The position numbers were made by a program, and so were the translations under genes. Positions 27,675 through 37,780 of a DNA stretch of 64,000 bases are shown in pieces. The notes beneath the pieces were generated by a model. That model was not told the DNA's origin. It searched no databases and was given only the letters and a program-made list of their open reading frames with translations. This DNA is from Thermoproteota archaeon (GTDB lineage: Archaea > Thermoproteota > Nitrososphaeria > Nitrososphaerales > UBA57), in contig JAYZAG010000008.1 in NCBI GenBank assembly GCA_036422215.1, positions 2,842-66,841 on the forward strand, read 5' to 3'. How positions within the stretch are numbered: the first letter of the stretch is position 1; each line of letters starts with the position of its first letter.

Positions 27675-28835
27675 TTGGAAACTTTTGAACAGTTTTTAAA
27701 AAGAATACTGGTTATTTTATTCTGGATTTTACTAGCACTTCCTCTCTTTCTTCTTCCTCTTGTTTTTCTGATAATTCCTCTTCTGGGAATAGATCTTATT
27801 GATGCAAATCTAGTACTTGTTGCTATTTTAGATCCAATAAAGGGACTTGAACTTGCAAATAGCCTAGGATTGGGACCTAGTTCTTTATTTTTTAAGATTG
27901 CTGCTTTTCCTGGATTCTCTTTTGCTGCGGTAATGGCAACTCTTACAATTTTATGGGAAAGGAAACTACTTGCAAAAGTTCAGGTACGTGTTGGCCCTCT
28001 TTATGCTGGTAGATTTGAAGGAATATTACAACCAATAGCTGATCTTTTCAAACTTCTAGGGAAAGAATTAGTTGTTCCTGATAAAGCAGACAAACCATTC
28101 TTTTGGGCAGCTCCTTTACTTATGCTTTCATTTGCTTCTGCTGTTCTTGCTGTAATTCCTCTAAGTCCTAGTATATACATAACAACGTCTGAATTTAGTG
28201 TTCTAATTCCATTCGTAATTTTGGGTCTTTCTCCAATGCTTATACTCGTAGCCGGATGGGCAAGTAGTAATAAATTCGCTTTTATTGGTGCATTACGAGC
28301 TCTTCACCAAATGGTTGCATATGAGATACCAATGTTGATTTCAGTTCTTGGCGTTGTAGTTTTAACAGGCTCGTTCAATTTCTTTGATGTCGTTACTGCT
28401 CAAGAAACAATTTGGTTTATTGTTCCTCAAATCATCGGTGCTTCAATCTTTTACATAACAATTTTATCTGAATTAGAGAGAATACCATTTGATATACCTG
28501 AAGCTGATTCTGAACTAGTTGCAGGATGGTTAACAGAATATTCTGGCATGAACTTTGGATTAATTCAGTTAGCAAACTATATCAAATTATATGCGCTGTC
28601 TGTGTTGTTTACCCTTCTATTTTTAGGAGGCTGGAATGGACCTTCATTTTTACCACCGTTTGGATGGATGATACTCAAAGTTTCTATAGTAATAACTCTT
28701 ATTCTTTTGCCTCGAGCTTTTCTACCTAGATTAAGAATTGATCAACTAATTCGGCTAGGATGGTTATGGTTAATTGTGCTCGGATTCATTAATTTATTTA
28801 TAGCGGTGCTTGTATCAGGAATGGGGATAATATAA
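27675..28835 (+). CDS. nuoH: NADH-quinone oxidoreductase subunit H
   Basis: RKLLAKVQVRVGP, ELERIPFDIPEADSELVAG and EYSG. Confidence 0.9.
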   Translation: METFEQFLKRILVILFWILLALPLFLLPLVFLIIPLLGIDLIDANLVLVAILDPIKGLELANSLGLGPSSLFFKIAAFPGFSFAAVMATLTILWERKLLAKVQVRVGPLYAGRFEGILQPIADLFKLLGKELVVPDKADKPFFWAAPLLMLSFASAVLAVIPLSPSIYITTSEFSVLIPFVILGLSPMLILVAGWASSNKFAFIGALRALHQMVAYEIPMLISVLGVVVLTGSFNFFDVVTAQETIWFIVPQIIGASIFYITILSELERIPFDIPEADSELVAGWLTEYSGMNFGLIQLANYIKLYALSVLFTLLFLGGWNGPSFLPPFGWMILKVSIVITLILLPRAFLPRLRIDQLIRLGWLWLIVLGFINLFIAVLVSGMGII

Positions 28836-28836
28836 A

Positions 28837-29334
28837 ATGGGATTAATTATTGGAATACTTGTTGCTTTACAAGCGACAGTGAAATCTTTTTTCAAGAAAA
28901 GATACACGCTTCGGTATCCTCAACAGAAACTCGATATAGATGCTGGATATACATTTGATCCACGTAGTCAAGTAGCTAATCCAGGTCTAAAGGGCAGGCA
29001 CATTCTCTATACTGATAAATGTACTGGCTGCTCTTTATGCGCAATTGCATGTGAGAATATTGCTGCATGTATTGATATGGTTAAAGTTGAAGGTGATTGG
29101 CCTGAAAACAGTAAGGATATAATGCCACAGATTGATTATGGCCGATGTGTATTTTGTGGTTTTTGTGTTGACGCATGTCCGTTTGACTGTTTATTCATGA
29201 CTCCTGAGTATGAACTTGCAGCTACTGATAAAAGAAAATTAGTACACACGCCTTTTCAATTGGCTGTTTATCCACAAAAGAAAGGAACTAAGAACTTTGT
29301 ACCGGATGAAAAGAAAGGAGCTCATCATGACTGA
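28837..29334 (+). CDS. nuoI: NADH-quinone oxidoreductase subunit I (2x[4Fe-4S])
   Basis: CTGCSLCAIACE and CVFCGFCVDACP. Confidence 0.9.
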   Translation: MGLIIGILVALQATVKSFFKKRYTLRYPQQKLDIDAGYTFDPRSQVANPGLKGRHILYTDKCTGCSLCAIACENIAACIDMVKVEGDWPENSKDIMPQIDYGRCVFCGFCVDACPFDCLFMTPEYELAATDKRKLVHTPFQLAVYPQKKGTKNFVPDEKKGAHHD

Positions 29335-29815
29335 TCCTCTTTTTCTGTCTGTAGCATTGGTAACGGTTGTGGCATCGATCATAGCATTAGAATCAAGAGA
29401 ACTAGTATATGGAGCCGTTGCTCTTTCAATATCATTTCTTGGAGTGGCTGCTGTATTTGTTATGTTAGATGCTTTGTTATTGGCAGTGTTTCAAGCTCTT
29501 GTTTATGTTGGTTCTATAGCTGTTTTGATTGTTTTTGTTGTAATGCTTGTGCGGAGAGAAAAATGGTCTTCAATTAAATATGGAAACGAGCGCTTTCTTG
29601 GTATAATAACATCTTTTGTTGTGGTTATTGTAGGTCTGTATGTAATTTATGGAAGCAAAATTTCCAATAGTGTTATTACTTCTGTTACCGCCCCTTCTTT
29701 CTACGAAATCGGATTCCAAATGTTTAATGAATATTGGTTAGGTTTAATATTAACTGGTTTAATATTGGCAGTTGCTGTAGTTGGCGCACTCACTATGGCA
29801 AAATATGAAAGGTAA
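29327..29815 (+). CDS. nuoJ: NADH-quinone oxidoreductase subunit J
   Basis: Hydrophobic five-TM protein. ATG 29327 forms an ATGACTGA overlap with the nuoI stop and is preferred over ORF-track start 29297. Confidence 0.8.
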   Translation: MTDPLFLSVALVTVVASIIALESRELVYGAVALSISFLGVAAVFVMLDALLLAVFQALVYVGSIAVLIVFVVMLVRREKWSSIKYGNERFLGIITSFVVVIVGLYVIYGSKISNSVITSVTAPSFYEIGFQMFNEYWLGLILTGLILAVAVVGALTMAKYER

Positions 29816-29824
29816 TTATTTAAA

Positions 29825-30133
29825 ATGGAACCTCTATCAAGTTATCTAATTTTGTCATTACTCCTGTTGAGTGTTGGAGTTTATGGCCTAATTTCAAAAC
29901 GTAATGCTATACGACTTTTGTTTTCAGTTGAAATTATAATTAATGCCGCAATAATTAATTTCGTTGCATTTTCACGATATCATAATCCTTCTATTATTAC
30001 TGGCCAAACTGCTGCAATATTTGCAATTGCATTGGCTGCAGCTGAAGCTGCTGTAGGTTTAGCAATAATAGTCCAAGCCTTTCGTTTAAACAAAGATATT
30101 GATGTTATGGAACTCAAAAAATTAAGAGGATGA
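29825..30133 (+). CDS. nuoK: NADH-quinone oxidoreductase subunit K
   Basis: 102 aa, three TM segments, with conserved Glu residues in TM2/TM3 (SVEIIINA, AAAEAAVGLA). Confidence 0.85.
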   Translation: MEPLSSYLILSLLLLSVGVYGLISKRNAIRLLFSVEIIINAAIINFVAFSRYHNPSIITGQTAAIFAIALAAAEAAVGLAIIVQAFRLNKDIDVMELKKLRG

Positions 30134-30134
30134 T

Positions 30135-31643
30135 ATGTTGATACTTTTACAAGCTATTTTCATACCCATCTTACTTTCACCTATAGTTTACTTATTAGCT
30201 AAGCGAATTGGTCCAAAGGTAGGTTTACTAACATTTGGAATTCTTCTGTATTCAACTTCGTTATTGTTATACATAGGATCACTTGGAACTGAGTATGTTG
30301 AAAGCTATTTTTGGGGACCTATTGGCACTTTTGGTCTACGAGTAGATGGTCTAAGCTTTCCATTCGCGGCTATAATATATATTTTATCTACTACCCTTGC
30401 AATTTATTCTATTCCGTATATGAAACATAGAATAGAAGAACAAATTGATTCGTCAGTCAAAAATCGTGAAGAATTTATTAATACAAAACTTGGATTATAT
30501 TTCGGATTATATTTAATTTATTCTGCAGGAATGGTTGGTACGGTACTCGCCACTAATTTAATTCAATTTTATATTTTCTTTGAATTAATGTTGATTCCTT
30601 CATATTTTCTGGTTGCTGAGTATGGATATGGAGATAGATATAAAATATCTTTAATGTATTTTCTTTGGACCCACGTTGGTGCAGTTTGCTTATTAGCTGG
30701 AATTCTTTCTCTAGGTCATTTTGGAGGAAGTTTTAATTTTATTGAAATAACAGAATCATCAATTCCAGGTAACTTAAGGATATGGATTGCTATTGCTATG
30801 AGTGTTGGTTTGTTAGTTAAACTCGCAGCTGCAGGATTACATATATGGCTACCTTATACTCACGCAGAAGCACCAACTCCAATCAGTGCTCTGTTATCTC
30901 CAGCTATGATTGGAATAGGAGCTTATGCATTCATCAGAATCTTTCTTTTTATAGTTCCATCACTTTATTCATTAATTGTTTTTGCAATTAGTATTTGGGG
31001 AATTATTACAATGATCTATGGCGCTCTGATGGCGTATAGACAAGACGACCTAAAACGATTATTAGCTTATTCTAGCATTAGTCAAATGGGATATATAATA
31101 TTTGGAATGGCATCACTATCTTATTTGGGTATTACTGGTTCCGTATTTCATTATGTCAGCCATGGAACAGGTAAGGCATTACTATTCTTGGCTGCTGGTT
31201 CTATAATTCTTCAGACTGGTGGAGTACGTAATATTAGTCAGTTGGGAGGATTGGGACGCAAATTGCCTATTACTGCCATTGCTGCCGTTATTGGATTTTT
31301 GGCCATTGTTGGAGTTCCTCCAACCAATGGATTTCAGTCTGAATGGATGATCTTTGCAGGTGCATTTGCAGGAGCATTAGCATCTGGTTCCACACCAAAA
31401 TTAATTCTTACTATTGTAGCTCTTGCTGCCACTCCTTTAACTGCTGGTTATGCATTACTCACCATCAGAAAAGTTTTCTTTGGGCCTACACCATCTAAAT
31501 TTGAAAATCTTACTGACCCTTCGTATTATATGACTATTCCTCTTTTGTTTCTTTCCGCTTTGACTCTTATTATAGGAATCTATCCTGCATTAATTACTGA
31601 GCGACTTATACCAATTCTAATTACTATTGGAGGAATTTTCTAG
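30135..31643 (+). CDS. nuoM: additional antiporter-like subunit (NuoM-like) inserted between nuoK and nuoL
   Basis: 502 aa, Mrp-antiporter-like, with WLPYTHAEAPTPISALLS. Confidence 0.85.
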   Translation: MLILLQAIFIPILLSPIVYLLAKRIGPKVGLLTFGILLYSTSLLLYIGSLGTEYVESYFWGPIGTFGLRVDGLSFPFAAIIYILSTTLAIYSIPYMKHRIEEQIDSSVKNREEFINTKLGLYFGLYLIYSAGMVGTVLATNLIQFYIFFELMLIPSYFLVAEYGYGDRYKISLMYFLWTHVGAVCLLAGILSLGHFGGSFNFIEITESSIPGNLRIWIAIAMSVGLLVKLAAAGLHIWLPYTHAEAPTPISALLSPAMIGIGAYAFIRIFLFIVPSLYSLIVFAISIWGIITMIYGALMAYRQDDLKRLLAYSSISQMGYIIFGMASLSYLGITGSVFHYVSHGTGKALLFLAAGSIILQTGGVRNISQLGGLGRKLPITAIAAVIGFLAIVGVPPTNGFQSEWMIFAGAFAGALASGSTPKLILTIVALAATPLTAGYALLTIRKVFFGPTPSKFENLTDPSYYMTIPLLFLSALTLIIGIYPALITERLIPILITIGGIF

Positions 31644-33737
31644 ATGGTTAATTATCTCATCCCTTGGTTAGTATTCATAATACCAATTATTGGAGCATTA
31701 TTACTTCCCTTTATTTCAAGATTTGGAAATCAAATTCGTGATTATACCACAATAGGAATTTCATTTCTCTCTGCTATTTTTGCATTATTGATGATGCCTT
31801 TAGCGTTTTCTGGAGAAACATTGCACCATCAGGTATCATGGATTCCATCATTAAATATATCAGCTGGAGTACTCGCCGATCCTCTTAGCGTATTACTATC
31901 CAACGTTGTTGCTTGGATATCATTATCCATAATGGTCTATAGTCTTGGCTATATGAAACACGAAGAGAACATGACAAGATATTGGTTCCTAATGATATTC
32001 TTTATTGGAAGCATGCAGCTCATTGTCATATCAGATAATTTTCTACAATTGTTCTTTGGTTGGGAAGGTGTTGGATTATGTTCATATGGTTTGATATCAT
32101 TTTGGAATAAGGATAAAAAAGAAGACTATGTAGGTACAATTGGAAAAACTGCATGGGGAATCCCTCTTGCATACTCTCCAAGTCATGCAGGTAGTAAAGC
32201 ATTTCTCATGACTCGAGTCGGCGATGTTTCTTTCTTAATAGGCATCTTAACTCTTTATCATTTCTCTGGAACTTTTGGTTTTGTTGAATTAGCTAATGAT
32301 TATTCTTGGGCAGTTGGACTGGCCCAAGCAGGACTATTGGTCCCTATCGCCATATTCATATTCGGAGGAGCAATTGGAAAATCTGCTCAATTTCCATTAC
32401 ATGAATGGCTTCCTGATGCTATGGCCGGTCCCACATCTGTTTCTGCTCTAATACATGCAGCTACAATGGTAAATGCAGGCGTATTTCTTGTAGCAAGGGT
32501 AGGACCTCTGTTCTGGGCTGCATCTGATGTTGTAAATGTCACTCCTTTCTTTGAGACGGTCGCATGGATAGGTGCCATTACTGCTTTTCTTGCCGCTTCT
32601 CAAGCAATGGTTTCAAAAGAAATTAAAAAAGTTCTTGCATATTCTACTGTTTCTCAGATTGGCTATATGATGTTAGCTCTAGGTGTAGCCGGTTTAACTG
32701 TTGACTTTCTAAGTGGTTTTGTTTCAGGATTTTTCCATCTTACAAGTCATGCAATATTCAAAGCTGCTTTGTTTATGGGTGCTGGAGCTATCATTCATGA
32801 AACTCACAGTAAATACATGAATGATATGGGTGGTCTTCGTGGAAATATGAAGTTAACATTTTATGCAATGTTGATTGCTGGAGGAAGCTTAGCTGGTTTT
32901 CCTCTTTTGAGCGGATTTTGGAGCAAAGATGCTATATTAGCTGCAATTTTACAAATAGAAAACTCTTCCATTATGGTACCTTTGTTTGTTATTGCTGTTG
33001 TGACTGCTATTATGACTGCATTTTACACTTTCCGAATGATTGGAATGGTGTTCTTTGGTAAACCTAGCACTCATCTGAAAAAAATGTCTAAAGCAGGTAA
33101 TCATGTTGGTGAACCTTCTCGGATAATGTTTATTCCATATGGAATACTTGCTCTAATAACACTAGCTATAGGGTTATCTGGACCACTCTTTGAAGGCTTT
33201 CTTGCAGACTCTTTAGCTCATCATCTAGAACATTCTTTCAATATTGTTATTCATGAACATGGATTTTCATTAAATCCTATAGCGCTAGGTGCATCTATTG
33301 GTGCACTTTTAATTGGTTCAGTGCTTGGATATTCATTCTATATTGGCCGTAAATACGATCCTAATAATTTGATTTCTAATAATCGTTCTCTCTCTAAACT
33401 GTATAATTTCTTAGAAAATAGATGGTACATTAATTCTTTGTATTATATTGTATTCATTAATACTCCGTTGAGGATCTCCAAGATATTGCATTCTTACGTA
33501 GAAACCAAAATATTTGATAAAATTAGTCCAACTACATCTGTGATTGCTATATACTTCTCTAATGTTAGCCACAGATTTGATCGCGTTGTAGTTGATGGCA
33601 TAGCAAATGGAATAGCATCTGTTAGTGTAATTATATCTAAGTTTAGTCGAAAACTCCAAACCGGCGTAGCAGAACAATATGTATTTGCTTTCATAATGGG
33701 TATTATAGCATTGATTATCGCTATGAATTATATATGA
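31644..33737 (+). CDS. nuoL: NADH-quinone oxidoreductase subunit L (long form, 697 aa)
   Basis: FGWEGVGLCSY, WLPDAMAGPTSVSALIHAATMV, and a long C-terminal extension containing the lateral helix region. Confidence 0.9.
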   Translation: MVNYLIPWLVFIIPIIGALLLPFISRFGNQIRDYTTIGISFLSAIFALLMMPLAFSGETLHHQVSWIPSLNISAGVLADPLSVLLSNVVAWISLSIMVYSLGYMKHEENMTRYWFLMIFFIGSMQLIVISDNFLQLFFGWEGVGLCSYGLISFWNKDKKEDYVGTIGKTAWGIPLAYSPSHAGSKAFLMTRVGDVSFLIGILTLYHFSGTFGFVELANDYSWAVGLAQAGLLVPIAIFIFGGAIGKSAQFPLHEWLPDAMAGPTSVSALIHAATMVNAGVFLVARVGPLFWAASDVVNVTPFFETVAWIGAITAFLAASQAMVSKEIKKVLAYSTVSQIGYMMLALGVAGLTVDFLSGFVSGFFHLTSHAIFKAALFMGAGAIIHETHSKYMNDMGGLRGNMKLTFYAMLIAGGSLAGFPLLSGFWSKDAILAAILQIENSSIMVPLFVIAVVTAIMTAFYTFRMIGMVFFGKPSTHLKKMSKAGNHVGEPSRIMFIPYGILALITLAIGLSGPLFEGFLADSLAHHLEHSFNIVIHEHGFSLNPIALGASIGALLIGSVLGYSFYIGRKYDPNNLISNNRSLSKLYNFLENRWYINSLYYIVFINTPLRISKILHSYVETKIFDKISPTTSVIAIYFSNVSHRFDRVVVDGIANGIASVSVIISKFSRKLQTGVAEQYVFAFIMGIIALIIAMNYI

Positions 33738-33746
33738 TGATGTAAA

Positions 33747-35234
33747 ATGACTGACATTAGTTTCCCAATTATTTCAATTTTGATCTTTCTACCTATTGTG
33801 GGTGGTATCTCAATCTATTTTATTAATAAAATAACAGGCACTAGAGGTGTTCAACTATATGCTCTTCTAATAGGATTGATTGAACTAGTTCTCTCATTAT
33901 ATGCTTATTATGTAATTCTTAATGGAGATTCTGGTGCAGAATATAATTTTGTTGAAGGACCATATTCTTGGATAACTTCAATCCAGGGCATTGATTATTA
34001 TCTTGGTATGGATGGTTTAAGCGCCCCACTTGTATTGATTTCATCTATTTTATCTGTATTAGTTATTTTAGGTTCTTGGAATCTAATTAAAGAAAGAAAT
34101 GTTCTCTATTATAGCCTACTCTTAATTTTTGTCGGAGCAATTATGGGCGTTTTCACATCACTAAATATGATTCTATTCTATGTTTTCTGGGACGTAGTTT
34201 TAATTCCTATGTTTATTTTTATAGGAATATGGGGTGGTCCTAGAAGAAAATATGCCGCTATGAAATTTCTACTGTTTACTTTTGCAGGAAGTGTTTTCAT
34301 GCTTCTGGCATTCATTATGATTTATTTCGTGGCCATTCCAAATACGTTTAATATTCCTGAATTAATGGGTCAAATACCTTATGATCTTCAGGTTTTAGCA
34401 TCTTTCATGTTCTTCTTAGGATTTGGTGTAAAATTAGCTATTGTTCCTTTCCATACTTGGTTACCTGATGCGCATGTTGAGGCTCCTGCACCAATTAGTG
34501 TTTTTCTAGCAGGTTTACTCTTGAAAATGGGAGGTTATGGATTTATCCGATTTAATCTTGGTCTGTTACCAGAAGCTTCTGCAGCATATTCTTGGTTTTT
34601 CATTAGTATAGGAATCATTACTATGTTTTATGGAGCAATTGTTGCATTAAGACAAACTGATCTCAAAAGAATGATTGCTTTAACTAGTGTAAATCACATG
34701 GGATTTGTTTTGTTGGGAGCATTTACTGGAACCTTACTTGGAATTTCAGGCGCTGTATTTCAAATGTTTACTCATGCTTTTGCAGTTGGAATCATGTTTA
34801 TGTTATCAGGATACGTTCATGAATTCACTGGTACTAGAGATATTAACATCATTAAAGGACTGAAATTCTCTAGTCCAAGACTTGCTACATTATTGGTATT
34901 GGGGTCCATGGCTGCTATGGCAATTCCTATATTCAGTACTTTTCTTAGTGAATTTATGGTCATTGTGGGCGCAATACAAATTAATCCACAATATGCAGTT
35001 ACAGCTGTAATTCCTGTTATTACTGTTTCATATTTCCTTTGGATGATCAAAAGAACAGTAACTTCTACTCCTGAGAAACCTGTTGTCAAACATGATCTGA
35101 ATAATTTATCCACTGTTGCGTTATGTCTTTATTTACTTCCCTTGCTTCTCACTCTTATTGCACCATGGTTAGTATTAGAAATGATTGATCCATTATCTCA
35201 ATTTTACGTAGATTTATTCAATGGAGGTTCATAA
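33747..35234 (+). CDS. nuoM: NADH-quinone oxidoreductase subunit M
   Basis: WLPDAHVEAPAPISVFLAGLLLKMGGYG. Confidence 0.9.
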   Translation: MTDISFPIISILIFLPIVGGISIYFINKITGTRGVQLYALLIGLIELVLSLYAYYVILNGDSGAEYNFVEGPYSWITSIQGIDYYLGMDGLSAPLVLISSILSVLVILGSWNLIKERNVLYYSLLLIFVGAIMGVFTSLNMILFYVFWDVVLIPMFIFIGIWGGPRRKYAAMKFLLFTFAGSVFMLLAFIMIYFVAIPNTFNIPELMGQIPYDLQVLASFMFFLGFGVKLAIVPFHTWLPDAHVEAPAPISVFLAGLLLKMGGYGFIRFNLGLLPEASAAYSWFFISIGIITMFYGAIVALRQTDLKRMIALTSVNHMGFVLLGAFTGTLLGISGAVFQMFTHAFAVGIMFMLSGYVHEFTGTRDINIIKGLKFSSPRLATLLVLGSMAAMAIPIFSTFLSEFMVIVGAIQINPQYAVTAVIPVITVSYFLWMIKRTVTSTPEKPVVKHDLNNLSTVALCLYLLPLLLTLIAPWLVLEMIDPLSQFYVDLFNGGS

Positions 35235-36726
35235 TTTGGATGTTGCTTTAACTCTTATCGGTTTACTTGCTGGAACAGCTTTACTCATTCATGCTGTTGA
35301 TGTTGTTCTAGGCGGTAGAATGCAAACAATAAATTTTGCAAGAAACATTACAAACATTTCCATATTTACTGCATTAATTATTGCTGTTCTTTCATTACTT
35401 AATATAATATCTTCAGAAAATTCTGTACCTAATCTAATTCGCAATGATGGACTAGGATTCTTCTTTAGTATAGTGGTATTACTTGTTTCATTATTTGTTT
35501 CTATTTCCTCTTTTGATTATATACGCAAAGAACGAAACGAACTCGTCTATTATTCATTGCTATTGTTTACTACATTGGGAATGGTAGCACTATCTTTTGC
35601 AGTGGATCTTTTAGTAATTTTCATTGCTTGGGAACTGATGAGTTTACCTACTTTCATATTAGTAGGATTTAGAAAAAATGATAAAAACGCACTACAATAC
35701 AATGATTCTGTTCTTTCTAATGAGGGTGCCGTAAAATATTTCATATTAGGAGCTCTTTCTTCGGCAATTTTATTATATGGAATTTCTTTAATATTCGGAT
35801 TAACAGGCTCCACAAATCTTGATTCTGCTATGAATTCGATAATTAATCTTGATTCAAATAATGTTCCTCTTGCGATATTGGGTGTTGTTTCTTTGATCGC
35901 AGGTTTTGGACTAAAATTATCTATTGTTCCGTTTCATATGTGGATTCCTGATGCATACGAAGGCGCCCCTATTACTGTTGGAGCTCTATTGTCTTCTGCA
36001 ACAAAGAAGGTTGGTTTTGTTGCGGCAATTCGTTCATTAATTATTCTTTTCCCAATTGTTGAAATTAATCTTTCTATGATTCTTGCAATAATTGCTCTGT
36101 TCACTATGACCTTAGGAAATATAGCTGCATTAACTCAAAAAACTATAACTAGATTGTTAGCATATTCCAGCATTGCACAAGCCGGTTATTTGCTTATTGG
36201 ATTGGTAGTACTTCCTACTTCTAGTTTGGGTCTGGTTGGTTTACTTTATCATTCATTTAATCATGCAGTTATGCAAGCCTCTGCATTTTTAGCAGCAGCA
36301 GCTGTTTCTTACAAACTTTCAAAAACATCTCTTAATTCTTATGGTGGACTTGCGAAAATTATGCCAATCACATCTTTCTGCTTAGCTATTTCTTTACTTG
36401 CACTCGCGGGAATTCCCCCTCTTAATGGTTTCTGGAGTAAAGTAGTTTTGTTTGCAGCTGCTGTAGAAGGAGGTTATACTTGGTTAGCTCTTGCTGGTTT
36501 GGTTAATACCGTTATTTCTGTTGGATATTATGGTCTAATAGTGAAAAGAATGTATATGGATGATCCTAGTGAGAAAAAACCCCTTGTTGAACCAAAATCT
36601 ATAATATCAGTTCTAATTTTTGCCACAATCATTATTATTATAACCGGTTTAATTCCAAATGTTCTGTTAGATTATATTACTATAGTATCTGATAATTTCT
36701 TATCTAATTATCCCGCATTACAGTAA
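35221..36726 (+). CDS. nuoN: NADH-quinone oxidoreductase subunit N
   Basis: WIPDAYEGAPITVGALLSSATKKVG. Last gene of the string. Confidence 0.88.
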   Translation: MEVHNLDVALTLIGLLAGTALLIHAVDVVLGGRMQTINFARNITNISIFTALIIAVLSLLNIISSENSVPNLIRNDGLGFFFSIVVLLVSLFVSISSFDYIRKERNELVYYSLLLFTTLGMVALSFAVDLLVIFIAWELMSLPTFILVGFRKNDKNALQYNDSVLSNEGAVKYFILGALSSAILLYGISLIFGLTGSTNLDSAMNSIINLDSNNVPLAILGVVSLIAGFGLKLSIVPFHMWIPDAYEGAPITVGALLSSATKKVGFVAAIRSLIILFPIVEINLSMILAIIALFTMTLGNIAALTQKTITRLLAYSSIAQAGYLLIGLVVLPTSSLGLVGLLYHSFNHAVMQASAFLAAAAVSYKLSKTSLNSYGGLAKIMPITSFCLAISLLALAGIPPLNGFWSKVVLFAAAVEGGYTWLALAGLVNTVISVGYYGLIVKRMYMDDPSEKKPLVEPKSIISVLIFATIIIIITGLIPNVLLDYITIVSDNFLSNYPALQ

Positions 36727-37540
36727 AATCTGCCAAATATTCTAAAAAGTCTCTTGCATCATTTTTTCTTAATTTCAGCAATTCTTTTTTAGCATTTTTT
36801 GCATATTCAGTTGCTTCATTATTTAGATCTCTCTTGGAAATTTTATTCTTGAATAAATCTGTTAATCTTTCATCTTCCATCCAATCAAGTAAATCATCTT
36901 TCATTTGATATGCTATTCCTAAATTCAATGCATATCTTCCAAATATTTCAATTTCATCCTGATTTCCTCCTCCTATTATGGCCCCTATTCTAGCTGATGT
37001 CTGGAATAAAGCCGCAGTTTTTTCTTCAATTATTCTTTTGTATGTATTCCATCCTACATTTCCCAAGTTTTCATACTGAATTTCTCTAATTTCACCCTCA
37101 CACATCTTTAATGCAGCTACTGATAGTTCTTGTGAAACTCTTTGATCACTATATTGTGCTGAAATATCTAATATCATTCCAAATACAAAGTCTGCAGTTA
37201 GTATTGAGAAATTTAATCCATATTTTTTATGAAATGTTTCTTTTCCTCGTCTGTAATCTTGCTTATCTATTATGTCGTCATGAATGATCGATTCTGTATG
37301 CAACAATTCTATTGCTACAGCAGCTTCGTTTGATTCGGATGTTTTCCCTCCTAGATTTTCAGCCGTTAATTTTAATATTAATGGTCTAACTCTCTTTCCT
37401 CCAGTTGTTGCATATTTTAATGGCGAATAAAGATTAGATCTATTATGTTTTTCTAATACTTCCAGCAATGATTTATCAATATCTTTTGTATATGATGCTG
37501 ATTTTTTCTGTAACAGCTTAATTAATTCATCTTTTTTCAA
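36704..37540 (-). CDS. trans-polyprenyl diphosphate synthase (GGPP synthase-like)
   Basis: First Asp-rich motif is IIHDDIID and the second is MKDDLLD. Has a 23-nt convergent overlap with nuoN. Confidence 0.85.
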   Translation of the reverse strand: MKKDELIKLLQKKSASYTKDIDKSLLEVLEKHNRSNLYSPLKYATTGGKRVRPLILKLTAENLGGKTSESNEAAVAIELLHTESIIHDDIIDKQDYRRGKETFHKKYGLNFSILTADFVFGMILDISAQYSDQRVSQELSVAALKMCEGEIREIQYENLGNVGWNTYKRIIEEKTAALFQTSARIGAIIGGGNQDEIEIFGRYALNLGIAYQMKDDLLDWMEDERLTDLFKNKISKRDLNNEATEYAKNAKKELLKLRKNDARDFLEYLADFTVMRDN

Positions 37541-37550
37541 GATTTAACAC

Positions 37551-37778
37551 TTATTTTTTTGATTTTTTTTCTTGTTTTTCTGCATATATCATGTTCACTG
37601 AATGTTTACCTTCACAATCTGATTTGTTACATTCACCAATTGTTTTATGTACAAAATCCCCTTCCTCAAATTTTCTTTTATTATTGTGATCGCATTTACT
37701 GCATTTTATAATTGAATATACTATATCGTTTCTTTTTTTCTTTTCCGGTGCTCCCATAAGAGGCATTGGTGAAGACAT
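37551..37778 (-). CDS. small Zn-ribbon protein, hypothetical
   Basis: CSKC...CNKSDC cysteine pairs with K-rich termini. Lies 2 nt downstream of the DUF1512-like gene. Confidence 0.5.
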   Translation of the reverse strand: MSSPMPLMGAPEKKKRNDIVYSIIKCSKCDHNNKRKFEEGDFVHKTIGECNKSDCEGKHSVNMIYAEKQEKKSKK

Positions 37779-37780
37779 TT

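Noticed and set aside
29297-29326. The ORF-track start of nuoJ at 29297, which would give a 38-nt overlap with nuoI.
   Set aside because: ATG 29327 gives the typical ATGA-type start/stop coupling with nuoI. It also removes a basic non-NuoJ-like leader (MYRMKRKELI).
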